The notes beneath the pieces are model-generated. The model made no database searches. It was not told the origin of the DNA and saw only the letters and a list, made by a program, of their open reading frames with translations. Both the position numbers and the translations under genes were made by a program. DNA of 32,000 nucleotides from Acaryochloris marina S15 (GTDB taxonomy: Bacteria > Cyanobacteriota > Cyanobacteriia > Thermosynechococcales > Thermosynechococcaceae), in contig NZ_CP064923.1 of the NCBI RefSeq assembly GCF_018336915.1, positions 2,370,001 through 2,402,000 of the forward strand, given 5' to 3'. Each line of letters opens with the position of its first letter. Within the stretch, counting starts at the first letter, position 1. Positions 9,632-19,600 of the stretch are shown here, piece by piece.

Positions 9632-10453
9632 TTGTTCTTGGCAATCAGTAGTTGGTATCTATTCCCTTTTGTTCTGTTAGAGAAAACATTAGCGGGGCCT
9701 CAGCTCTGGCTAGGCTCTGGATTGCTCACTATGGCTGGGCTAGTCGCGGCTGGCTTTTTCCTTGTAGACCCTAATCAAGCTCGGGTATTAATCTTGCTAG
9801 GAAAGTACATTGGCAGTATCCGAGAACCTGGTTTTTACTGGACCATTCCTTTTATCGTCAGTAAACGTCCAGTCTCCCTTCGCGTTCGCAACTTTAATAG
9901 TGAGAAACTGAAGGTCAATGATGCTCAGGGGAGTCCGATTGAAATTGCAGCAGTAGTCGTTTGGCGGGTGGTTAATTCTGCTAAGGCCACACTTGATGTC
10001 GAAAGCTGTCGTGATTTTGTCGCAATTCAGAGTGAGACGGCCCTGCGAAGTCTAGCCAGTCGTTATGCCTACGATATTTTCGATAACACCCACGAGTCTT
10101 TACGGGGCAACCCCGATCAAATTTCTGACTTGCTCAAACAAGAAGTTCAACGCCGTTTGGAGGTTGCGGGGGTTGATATTATCGAAGCCCGAATTACGCA
10201 CTTGGCCTATGCTCCAGAAATCGCTCAAGCGATGCTGCGTCGCCAACAAGCGATTGCAGTCATTGCTGCCAAAGAACGGATCGTCGAAGGTGCCTTGGGC
10301 ATGGTGGAAATGGCACTGCATCGACTGAGTGAGCAACAGGTGGTAGACCTGGATGAAGAACGGAAGGCTGCTATGGTAAACAACTTACTAGTTGCCCTAG
10401 TCTCTGAAAGTTCAACTCAGCCCATCATCAATGCTGGAACCCTGTATACGTGA
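9632..10453 (+). CDS. SPFH/band-7 (stomatin/prohibitin-like) domain protein, 5'-truncated by the IS
   Basis: SPFH core '[25 protein letters not shown]...[21 protein letters not shown]...' followed by a coiled C-terminal region. The only available start is TTG 9632, which lies inside the target-site duplication. The original start is at 8073. Confidence 0.8.
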   Translation: MFLAISSWYLFPFVLLEKTLAGPQLWLGSGLLTMAGLVAAGFFLVDPNQARVLILLGKYIGSIREPGFYWTIPFIVSKRPVSLRVRNFNSEKLKVNDAQGSPIEIAAVVVWRVVNSAKATLDVESCRDFVAIQSETALRSLASRYAYDIFDNTHESLRGNPDQISDLLKQEVQRRLEVAGVDIIEARITHLAYAPEIAQAMLRRQQAIAVIAAKERIVEGALGMVEMALHRLSEQQVVDLDEERKAAMVNNLLVALVSESSTQPIINAGTLYT

Positions 10454-10638
10454 GCAAAAAGAAGCGCTTCTTATTACGACTCGATCAGACTCTCTACGAC
10501 ACCCTGGAACGCTGGGCGGCGGATGAGTTGCGCAGCGTCAATGCTCAAATGGAATTTCTGCTTAAAGAGTCCGCTCGTAAAGCCGGGCGGAAGAAGGAGT
10601 TTCCCTCAGATCAGGATTCAGCTTCCGATTCATCCTGA
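10450..10638 (+). CDS. small ribbon-helix-helix (Arc/MetJ-like) protein
   Basis: '[39 protein letters not shown]' fits the beta-strand-helix-helix pattern of Arc-family proteins. The GTG start overlaps the SPFH stop (GTGA at 10450-10453). Acidic/Ser-rich tail. Confidence 0.65.
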   Translation: MSKKKRFLLRLDQTLYDTLERWAADELRSVNAQMEFLLKESARKAGRKKEFPSDQDSASDSS

Positions 10639-10650
10639 TATTTTTACAGG

Positions 10651-10667
10651 CACCTTTTTATAAGGTG
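10651..10667. terminator. short hairpin between convergent genes (CACCTT-tttat-AAGGTG), candidate bidirectional terminator
   Basis: 6-bp stem with 5-nt loop, T-run on the plus side and A-run on the minus side. Sits in the 31-nt gap between the RHH stop (10638) and the DUF4280 stop (10670). Confidence 0.35.
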
Positions 10668-10669
10668 TT

Positions 10670-11062
10670 TCAAGGAATTTGGGTGGTCACTTGTCCGGGA
10701 TAAGTAATCTGGATAATACCGCCCCAGGTACAAAAGCATTTAGACGTGCTATTCAACGCTGGAAAATTATTGATCAATACGGTTGGTGAACCTGGTGCCC
10801 AAGGGGCAGGAATAACTGGAATACAGGGCATGGGGGTAAGGACTCCCAACGCTGCAGCCGTTGCCGAGGCTACGGTGGGATTCGCGAGAGAAGAACAAAC
10901 GCCAAAGGGTGGAATATTGGCGATGGGAGCATAGTCCATGATGGTGGCAGCTGCGGGACCTCCCGTCAGATCGGGGGGACCTTTAGGAATCACGATCAAG
11001 GAACTCGGTGCTGCACCAAATGAACATTGTAATGAAGCTCCCATGACGACCTGTTGAGCCAT
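10670..11062 (-). CDS. DUF4280-family PAAR-like spike-tip protein
   Basis: 'VVMGASLQCSFGAAPSSLIV...PFGVCSSLANPTVASATAAALGVLTPMPCIPVIPAPWAPGSPTVLINNFPALNSTSKCFCTWGGIIQI' is the characteristic DUF4280 signature. A perfect AAGGAGG Shine-Dalgarno (rc of 11071-11077) lies 8 nt upstream of the start. There is no C-terminal extension. Confidence 0.85.
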   Translation of the reverse strand: MAQQVVMGASLQCSFGAAPSSLIVIPKGPPDLTGGPAAATIMDYAPIANIPPFGVCSSLANPTVASATAAALGVLTPMPCIPVIPAPWAPGSPTVLINNFPALNSTSKCFCTWGGIIQITYPGQVTTQIP

Positions 11063-11084
11063 TGCCTACTCCTCCTTGTCACTA

Positions 11085-13043
11085 TCAATTGATCTTTACG
11101 ATTGAGCCTTTAATGCTATTTACCCCAGAGGCCTGAACAGTCACTAAGGCACCATCAATTTTAGTTTGGGCTGTCCCTTTCATAGCGGCCTGAACCCCTT
11201 GAATCGTGACGCCAGAATTGCTCAATTCAATGGATGAGCTACCCACCTTTAGCGTAATCTTGGTCGTTGCTGTTAGGGTAATTTCGCCAGCGTTCAGGCT
11301 AATTTTACGAGAACTACCGCTGGTTCCAGATTTAACATTGATATCTCCTGTCGAAATCATATCGATCTTGGCGGAGCCATTATCGTCTAGTAAGACTTTA
11401 TGTCCTCCCTTGGATTTTATTTCTAACTTTTTACCTTGATCATCCAACCGGGCATAATGTCCTTCTTTTGTTTTTAATTCGGTGAACTTTTCACTGTCAT
11501 TGAGATACAGATGGTGGCCATACACCGTATCTAAGTAAACTCCTTTTTTATTCGCATCTTTATCCTCTTCGACAAATTGGAGGGTATGGCCGGTGCGAGT
11601 TTTCACGGTTCGTAGATTGACCTTGCCGTCAACAATGGAACTATCCACCTTCTCTGGGGGACTATCTTTGCCATTCCACACCCCACCCATAATGTAGGGA
11701 CGGTGAATATCACCATGTTCAAACCCCACCAGCACCTCATCATCCACTTCGGGTAAACAGTCAAAACCGCGATTCTTGCCTGCGCCGCTGGCAACCATTC
11801 TGGCCCAGTTACTTTCATGTTCCTCTGTCAGGGTGGGAAATTTCACTCGGACTCGCCCCCACCCTTTAGGGTCTTTGTTATTGGTGACTTTACCGACCAA
11901 TAGGGTTTGCCCTGCCTGCAGCCGTTGAGCAGGGGCCAGCGTTGATAATAAATCTCCTCCCCGCAATCCCCGCACACTGAACTCAGTGGAATAAACCCGA
12001 TCTTGGAATAAATGGCGCGTTTCCGTGATGTAGTATTTACCGCTGTATTTCCCCATATCTTTGAGTTGGACGACTTGCCCCGTTCTCAAGTCGGGATTGC
12101 CTTCAGCCCTGGCATCCGCCACTACAAATTCACCTCCCAACTCATCAATTAAAGCCTGGGCAATGGTATCGGCTTCTTTGGCACTAAAGACTGGTTGATC
12201 CACCACAATCATTTTGGGAGTCGTGGGTTTGCCATTAAAGACGGTGCTTTGCTTCTGGCCGGAGCCATGATCTGTTGAGGTTAGCAATTTCTCGACATTT
12301 TTAGTGGAAACGATGGCTTCCTTCCGTTCATAATCCCAACCCCGCACTTCAACACTTTTCACTTGCTCTGCACTGGTCACCCGCACCCGAAAGCTATGTA
12401 GATCTTTGAGCCAGGTGAGGGAAATATTGGAGTTGGCCTTGGGCTTCCGAAAATTCATCTTGCCGTCTTGAACATAGAGTTCAAACCCATTTCGAGCCGC
12501 TCTCTCCCGCAAAAATTCCATATTGGTTTGGTTCTCTTGAAAAATATAGTCATGGGGAGAACCGCTGTTATCAATGCTGCCAACGGGAATTCCGACTTCT
12601 CCAATCACTTTTTTGACAACATCGGTGTCGGTCATATTTTGGAAGGAGCGATTGTAGCGACCTCGATGGAGTCGATGGGAGATATCGTAACCGCGAATCA
12701 CAATGGGGGCTTGGGAACTGGAGGTGAAATTCGTCTCCATGCCCGTGATTTCTCCATCCAGCACATAGCCTTGATTCTGATCATCAAAGTCCTGAGCTGC
12801 GGTGGTACTGCCGCTAAAGCCAATTTTGATGGTTTTACCGATCTGCAAGAGATCGTCATATTGCCAAGGGGCATCAACGGAGCGTCCAGAAAAGTAGTCA
12901 TTCTTGATTACCAGGACAAACATCCCAGGTAAGTGCAAGCTTTCTTCCACAGAAATCTGGAGGATATCTTCCATCAGCTCATTGGATGCTGTTTTACCAT
13001 CAATCTCTAGAAGTGGCTCGGCAATATAGGTGGTTGCAGGCAT
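11085..13043 (-). CDS. vgrG: VgrG-like spike/baseplate hub protein (gpD-like N-half, gp5 OB-fold, beta-helix)
   Basis: 652 aa. The N-terminal half resembles phage late control D. The OB-fold segment is 'WGRVRVKFPTLTEEHESNWARMVASGAGKNRGFDCLPEVDDEVLVGFEHGDIHRPYIMGGVWNG'. The C-terminal beta-helix repeats are 'GHKVLLDDNGSAKIDMISTGDINVKSG...ITLTATTKITLKVGSSSIELSNSGVTIQG'. No appended effector domain. Confidence 0.9.
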   Translation of the reverse strand: MPATTYIAEPLLEIDGKTASNELMEDILQISVEESLHLPGMFVLVIKNDYFSGRSVDAPWQYDDLLQIGKTIKIGFSGSTTAAQDFDDQNQGYVLDGEITGMETNFTSSSQAPIVIRGYDISHRLHRGRYNRSFQNMTDTDVVKKVIGEVGIPVGSIDNSGSPHDYIFQENQTNMEFLRERAARNGFELYVQDGKMNFRKPKANSNISLTWLKDLHSFRVRVTSAEQVKSVEVRGWDYERKEAIVSTKNVEKLLTSTDHGSGQKQSTVFNGKPTTPKMIVVDQPVFSAKEADTIAQALIDELGGEFVVADARAEGNPDLRTGQVVQLKDMGKYSGKYYITETRHLFQDRVYSTEFSVRGLRGGDLLSTLAPAQRLQAGQTLLVGKVTNNKDPKGWGRVRVKFPTLTEEHESNWARMVASGAGKNRGFDCLPEVDDEVLVGFEHGDIHRPYIMGGVWNGKDSPPEKVDSSIVDGKVNLRTVKTRTGHTLQFVEEDKDANKKGVYLDTVYGHHLYLNDSEKFTELKTKEGHYARLDDQGKKLEIKSKGGHKVLLDDNGSAKIDMISTGDINVKSGTSGSSRKISLNAGEITLTATTKITLKVGSSSIELSNSGVTIQGVQAAMKGTAQTKIDGALVTVQASGVNSIKGSIVKIN

Positions 13044-13078
13044 AGGTGTAAACAGTTGGAGAATTGAATTTCAGTACT

Positions 13079-13657
13079 TTAGCGACCAAAGGTTGTCCGG
13101 TTGGAGCGACTATCCTGGGAGCGATTGGGGGAGGCAGACTGACTCCCTCCTGCACCTAGGCTGGACTCATCTATTTCCTTCAAGGACATATCGACCCGGG
13201 CTTGGACCGGTGTTCCATCAGGCAAGAATAAGGTGAGTTTGTAAGTAATTTGTTCGACAAAACACCGCAGATATTGCTGGTCTCCCCAAGTGAAGATATA
13301 GATAGGCGGTCGTTTGTTGGCAGCGTCACCACTGTCATCAAAATCCAAGGCTTTAATCAGTTTGCTGACATAGGCATCGATCACGCTTGTACCTTGTTCG
13401 TAGGTATCAAACAATATATTGCTTAAGGACAAAGAGCAGGCTTCCGGGTAGGCAAAGGTGACTTTGGGTAATCCCTTAGCGGTTCGTGCCCCTTGGCTTT
13501 CATTCAGGCGCATTGACTGCTGAAAGACCAATTCAGTGGGGTTGAACATAAATTCAATATCTTTACTCTTGTCCGTGGGTTGGTGGACTAAGGTTGCCTT
13601 GGCTAACTTGCCAGAGGCAACGGCACTGTTATTGCTGCGAGAGCCACTATAGGTCAT
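13079..13657 (-). CDS. CIS tube-initiator-like protein (Afp7/gp53-type N-terminal tube-fold domain, no LysM)
   Basis: Pattern 'KATL....DKSKDIEFMFNPTEL........LNES....AKGLPKVTFAYPEACSLSLSNILFDTY...PPIYIFTWGDQQYLRCFVEQITYKLTLFLPDGTPVQARVDMSLKE' matches the conserved N-domain of LysM-type CIS tube/baseplate-hub proteins. It is followed by a Ser/Arg-rich tail instead of a LysM domain. Confidence 0.75.
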   Translation of the reverse strand: MTYSGSRSNNSAVASGKLAKATLVHQPTDKSKDIEFMFNPTELVFQQSMRLNESQGARTAKGLPKVTFAYPEACSLSLSNILFDTYEQGTSVIDAYVSKLIKALDFDDSGDAANKRPPIYIFTWGDQQYLRCFVEQITYKLTLFLPDGTPVQARVDMSLKEIDESSLGAGGSQSASPNRSQDSRSNRTTFGR

Positions 13658-13686
13658 GGGTATGGTTCAACCTCTTCATTTAATGT

Positions 13687-16600
13687 TCACCAAGGTAAGC
13701 GACCAGAATGATACCCTCCATGTCTCTCTCGCTCCACTTCCAGCCGCTGTCGGAGGATATGATAGATCTCCCTGGCTAAGATCTCGAAGCTTTGCTCATC
13801 TACTTTGGATGCGGTTGAAGTGTCGGTGTGGGATTGACGCATCACCACTTCTGTCGTTTGTAGAGGGGATGAGACTGGAGGAGGGGCAGCTAGAGCCTTT
13901 TGCAAGGTTTGAGCAGTCCGCCGGACAGATGCTGTTTTTCTTTGGACTCGCTTTTCTGGGTGAATTCCAGTGGGAGTGAGAACTAAATCTGAAGTGTCTT
14001 CAGGTACTGGGGTTTGTGGCTCTGCTTGGCGTTGGATGGCTGATGGCGATTGGACTGTGAATAGGTCTTCGATACTAGACCAGTTTGAGGGTAGTGCTGA
14101 GGGTTGGATTGTGGGTGCGATCGCATTCTCCGTATTCGCCTCAAAATCCTCCTCAGATAGCGCCGTGTCACCAGGGCTTAGATCTAATGGAATATTCGGG
14201 CGTTGCAAATGGCTGAGTTTTTGAGCACGATGCTGACGATTCGACTGGCTGGCAGGCCATAGGCTACTGATTAATTTCGGAGCAACAAAATTGTCGGCAA
14301 TGCTGGAAAGGGGAGAAGGCGCTTGGCCAGTCGCCAATAACTGGGCAACGGTTAGGTCTGGAGAATTCTCCTGTGGTAGTTCTAATTCAGGTGGTTGTGC
14401 TGCTATCTCAATGACTCGGCGTTGGCGCAAATCTGTAGAGTCAGGCTGAGCATTTATCTGATCTATCTTCAGCGCATCGAGAGTACCGCCTGATGGGTCT
14501 TGGTGCTGAATCGTAGGCTTAATGGGGGGCGATGATAATGGCTGGGTTGAAGCAAGTGAAGAGTCCGAACGATCTGCATCCGAAATCTGAATCTTTGAAT
14601 CAGGTGTTACTTGAGGCGGTTCTGCAACTTCAGATTTTTGTACAATGTTGGAGGAGATTTCTGTATGAGCAGGGTCAAACTCTGTTTCTACCTGAGAAGA
14701 GTGGCTCTCTGAATTCTTTTGAAGGATCTGATTCTCGTTGAGATCAGAGGATGGACTTGACGATATATCTTGACTGGGTAAATTAGCATTTTCGATGCTT
14801 CCATCAGGACGTTGAGCTGTAATTTCAATAACCCGACGGTGAAGAGACTCTACCTTGTCCGGTTGAGACTGGATGCTTTCTACTTTTTGAGGTGACGAAT
14901 CAGCAATATTTTCAGTTGGAAGTTGTTGTAAGTCTGGAGTTTTGGTGTCAGAAATACTCGGTTTGGCTAAGGGGGCCGGAGTAGCCTGATCCGAACGGGT
15001 TGTTGGGGTGGGTAGATCTGAACCTATCTTTGTCTTTGAAATTGTACTGGGCTGATGTGCAGACTGGATAATTTCTGATGCGTCTGAAATGTCAGTAAGA
15101 GCTGTATTAGAATCGTGAGACTGCTCAATGCTGGATGCTTGGATGGCAGGCTCTATAGTTGCTTCAGGCAAGTTATTGGGAGGTGATGTATCAACAGTTG
15201 GAGAGATGTGGCTATTTGGTGTAGCTTGCTGTTGTTCGGGCTGGTCTATTGACTGGGAAGGTTGGCTGTCTGGGGTTGGCTGGATTGAAAGAATATCTCT
15301 AGTATCTGGAGGTGATTCTTGGATGCGATCGCAATTATCATACGATTGCCCATTGCTTCCTTTCTGTAGCTGTGCTTCAACCGCGGGTTGGACAACAGAA
15401 ATCTCCACAGCCTGAATCGGAACGGTAGATGTTTGCTTTGATAACAACTTCGATATTTCTGTATTGGGTTCTGTTTGAGCAGAAGTCTTGTCTAGGACAG
15501 GAGTTTCCGGGGCTTTAGCCTGAGCATGTAACGGTTTGCTGGCATCACTGACATCCTTTCTTCGAGCAACTAATGGCTGATCACTATTTGATTGAGTCTC
15601 AATCTTTCGCTGAACGATGTTGCCCGTCTCAGCGATGCTAGCAGTATCACTGGTATTGCTTGGAGCTTGTGGCACATTATTTTCTTGAGATTCAAGAATC
15701 TTGGCATTCTGAGTGGCAGCAATAGCCGTATGGTCGGGCGCGTTTACCTTGAGGTCTGATTCAGATAAGCTTTGGTCTGATACTGTCTCTTTCGGTGGAT
15801 TTACGTTGGCTTGAATCGTTGGGGAAGCACTATTCGATACGTTGTCGTCTTGTTTCGGACTTTGAGATGTGTTGATATTAGTGCTATCCAGATTTTGACT
15901 AGTAGCTTCTGAGAGGTTAACTTCTATAACTACCTTTGGACTCTCTCTGTCGTCACTTTGCTTACTCTTCTTGGAAAGCTGAACCTGTTCTTCACTGAAT
16001 TCCTGGATAGATAAATCTGAGCCAGCGGGAAGCTGTTGTTGAGTTTGGCTAGTGATCGATGGCTGTTCAACCTTAGTTTGAACGGAGACTTCACTAATGG
16101 GAGGACGTTCTGGAGGATGCGATTCTGTTTCTAGAACATGTTGATCCAGAAAGTTTGGGGTTGGAGCGTTAGGTATATCGGGTTGAGATTGCTCCTGTAT
16201 AGTTTGTCGCTGGAGTAGGTTGTCTGGATCGCTGGTATTTGATACTTCTGAGTTTTCATCAGAGTCTGTGGACTCCTGTAACGATAGTTCAGCTTGAGAA
16301 AGTGAATGTGAACTTGGGGGGATAGCAGCTTTGGATTGTTTTATTCGATCATCAGCATTGTCGAGTTGTGATGATTGCTGATGAGTGACGTCCTGACGTT
16401 GAATAGAGTTATTAGTACTTGGAATTGAGGTCGCTTGATTGATCGCCTCACTTTGAGTAATGGAATTCTTCTGAGGGGAAAGTTGAATGGAATCTGAGGT
16501 GGGCAGAGAAGACAGCTCTGTTCGGTGCTGAAGGTTCGGTTCGCTAAAGGAGCTAGAACTTTCAGAATCCAAGGGCTTAGAGTTTATTTCCTCAGCTGGG

Positions 16601-19600
16601 ATAGGCTGCTTTTGAATAATTTCTGCTGTGGATGAGTGTCGTTTAATTGAGCTATCAGCTAAGGGAGAAGGAACCTCAGAGGGCTGTATGGAAGAGTGGG
16701 GTGTGTTTCTTGAAGGCTGGTCAGAGACTATTGGAGCGCGGGTCGAAGCTGCCTCGCTCCCATCGCCCGTGTCATGCTGCCTTTGGACCACTGCTGTATG
16801 TCCAGTGGTCGGTGATGATTGTGTGGGTACGTTTGGTCGTTCTAAAGGGTTGGACTGATGTGTCGATGGCGATGTTTCCTCTTGTTCAGTCAGTAAAGTT
16901 GGTCTGAGAGTTGTATCAGCTCCTGTATTCTCACTAGAAATTTTTGCGGGAGACGACGCTAGGTTCTGCTTGTTTGTCTGGCGTTTTGACTTTGTCTTTT
17001 TAGGCCTTAAGTTTGCCAACTGCTGGACAATGGTTGTACCTATTTTTGAGATATGGGAATTGAGGGAGAGATTGCGACTTTGAGATGATTTTGGTGTTGA
17101 GCCACGGTTTTCTGAACCTCGACTCGATACATCGGTTATTGGCTGTTCTGAGCTTGTTGAGGTTATCTCAGAGCTATCTGGAGTCCTTTGTATAGAGTCC
17201 TCATTGCCTGATGGCAAAGCTGGCTCATTTTGTCCTGAATCTTTTGGTGGCTGAGGAGTCTTTGCTTTATCAACAGAGCTAGCTTGAATAATTGGCTCAG
17301 TTGTGGATTCTGGTGGATTATTAGTGTCTTTTGCTGGGGAAGGAGGGATGGCGGGATTTACATCCGTTTGAACAAGACTTTCTGTTGCCGGGTTAGATGT
17401 AGAGGTTAGCTGTACCGAATCAGTCAATAATGGTTGTTCATTGCCATACACTTTGTCTGAACTAGGCTCAGCAGAGGCCTGAATATTATCTCTATTAAGC
17501 TCAGGAACATCTGCAGATTGTAGGGAGATGTTTTTCTGTGCAACTTCGGATGAGGTCGCTGGTTCAACTGAGCCAGCTTCCTGACATTGTATGGATTGAG
17601 GTAATTGCCTCCTCGAACTTTGTTTTCGGATCGACCGATCAACCCTCTCTTTAATTTCTGAACCTAGATTTGTGATTCTATCTGCGAATTGATTTTGAGT
17701 GGTTTGCCATCCAGGCTGGGCAGCATTGGGTTGTGCTTCTCCTTGGGCAACAAGTGCTGGGTTATGCCCTTCCCGTGGGGAAGATTCCTCAATACTATTT
17801 GGGGTAGGGAAGTCTACTTGCTCAGAAGGAAGAGGGGTCGGTATTGAGGATTGTGATGCTTCAGCTTTTTGTACCGTTGGTAATTCTTGGGTTTGGAGAT
17901 TTTCATCAGCAGTGACATCGGTGAGTCGACCTGACTGATTCTTGGGATGCTCTTGTTCGTTTGAACTAAGTTTAGATTTTGAATGAATAGCTGTATCTGG
18001 AACTGTATTGGGTGAAAATGGCTTAGCCTGAATGTCTGATTGAATAGATGTTACAGCGTTTTTATCTACAGCTTTACCACCACTACCTTGCGATGGCGAT
18101 GTATCTTCACCTACCGATTTTTGAGGCGAGACAGGGTTGATGGTCTGGTCTTTACGATTCTGCTCTGAGTTTTTGGATAAAAACTGCTGCTGTCTTTGGA
18201 GCGGATTGGACTCTTCATTTGGCTGAGGTTCAAGTTGGCGACTAACCGTATCCATGACCTGTTGACTGAAACGCGTCAGTCGTTGCAGGGGTTGAACTGG
18301 GAAGGGTCCCCGCGTCTTTGCTTTTGACCGAGACGAACTAGACTCAGCATTAGAAGTAACATCTGATGATGAGGTAGGTTTTTGCTGATCGGCACTCCCC
18401 TCGGGTGTGGATGATTCAGATTTAATTTGATCCGGTCTAGATGCCTTGGAGTCTGAGGTGGACTCAGTCCCCTCATTAGGACCAGCGATTGAATTAGGAT
18501 GTTTGTCTTGATGAATCGTTGGCTCAGACATTCCAAGAGACTTCGTTTGTAGTGGAGTGGAAGGCGAATGTTCTTGGGGTAAGTCTATAGACTCAGGAAT
18601 TGCTTGAACAGTTGGAGAATTCTCTTCATAGTCAGCATTCTCAGTGTTCACTGACAGCAGTTTTTCTTGGGACAGTTCTTGAGAAGGAGCTTTCTCTACA
18701 GCCTTTGTTCCTGTTTGGACTAGAGATACTTCAGAGGATGATTGTTTTGAGTCAGGGGACGATTTGGCTTGAAGCAATGGAGCGTTTGACAGTGGAGGTG
18801 AATCATTCGTGGATTTCTGTACCTCATTGGCCTTAGCTCTAGATTTACCAACAGGGAGTGATTGAGATGCCTGCTTAAGCTGAATACCAACTTTATTAAT
18901 ATCCTGTTGGGCTCGTTTCCCCATTCGCGAGAGCTGAGCTTGTAAGGGAAGCTTTTTCTGTTTGCTTTTTTTACTTTGTTTCGTTTGTTTTTTTTCAGGT
19001 GCTTTAGTAGATGCCTGAGGAGTTAAATCGTCTGCTCGTTGAATAGCTGTTGACTGTACCGCTTCCCCATCAATTTTTTCTGAAGTGCTGGGTATAGAAG
19101 GACTCTCAACGGATGGGAGGTTGTTACTAGGATTAATGCGGTTAGTCTCTACCTTTGGTATCTGTGGGTGATCCGTAGAAGACTGCTGAACAGCCGAACT
19201 TTCTGAGTTTTGAATAGTTGTTGTCTCTGTGGAGCTATCAGAAGTCTTGGCCGTTGAACTGGGTGGCTCGGAATTCTTAAGCAGTAAAGACTCATCATCT
19301 GGAGATTGTTGAGGAGATGCTGGGGTGACTGTTTGAACAATTGTTGTCTTGATGGGGGTTTCGTTAGTCTTGGGCTTAGGGCTAGGTGTTACAGGAGTTT
19401 CAATTGATGAACCACGATCAATTGAGTGACTTGGGTTAGCTTCTACTTTTGAGTTAGCGAGGGAAGCCTGTGAACGGCTAGTTTGCAGTTCATTTGGAGA
19501 AATAGGAGATGACTGTATAGTCCGCTTAGCAGGTAGATCTGTGGTGATGTCAGTCGCTTGTTCAGTGGGTGGAGTGGTTAGCTCGATGTCTTGAGCAGTC

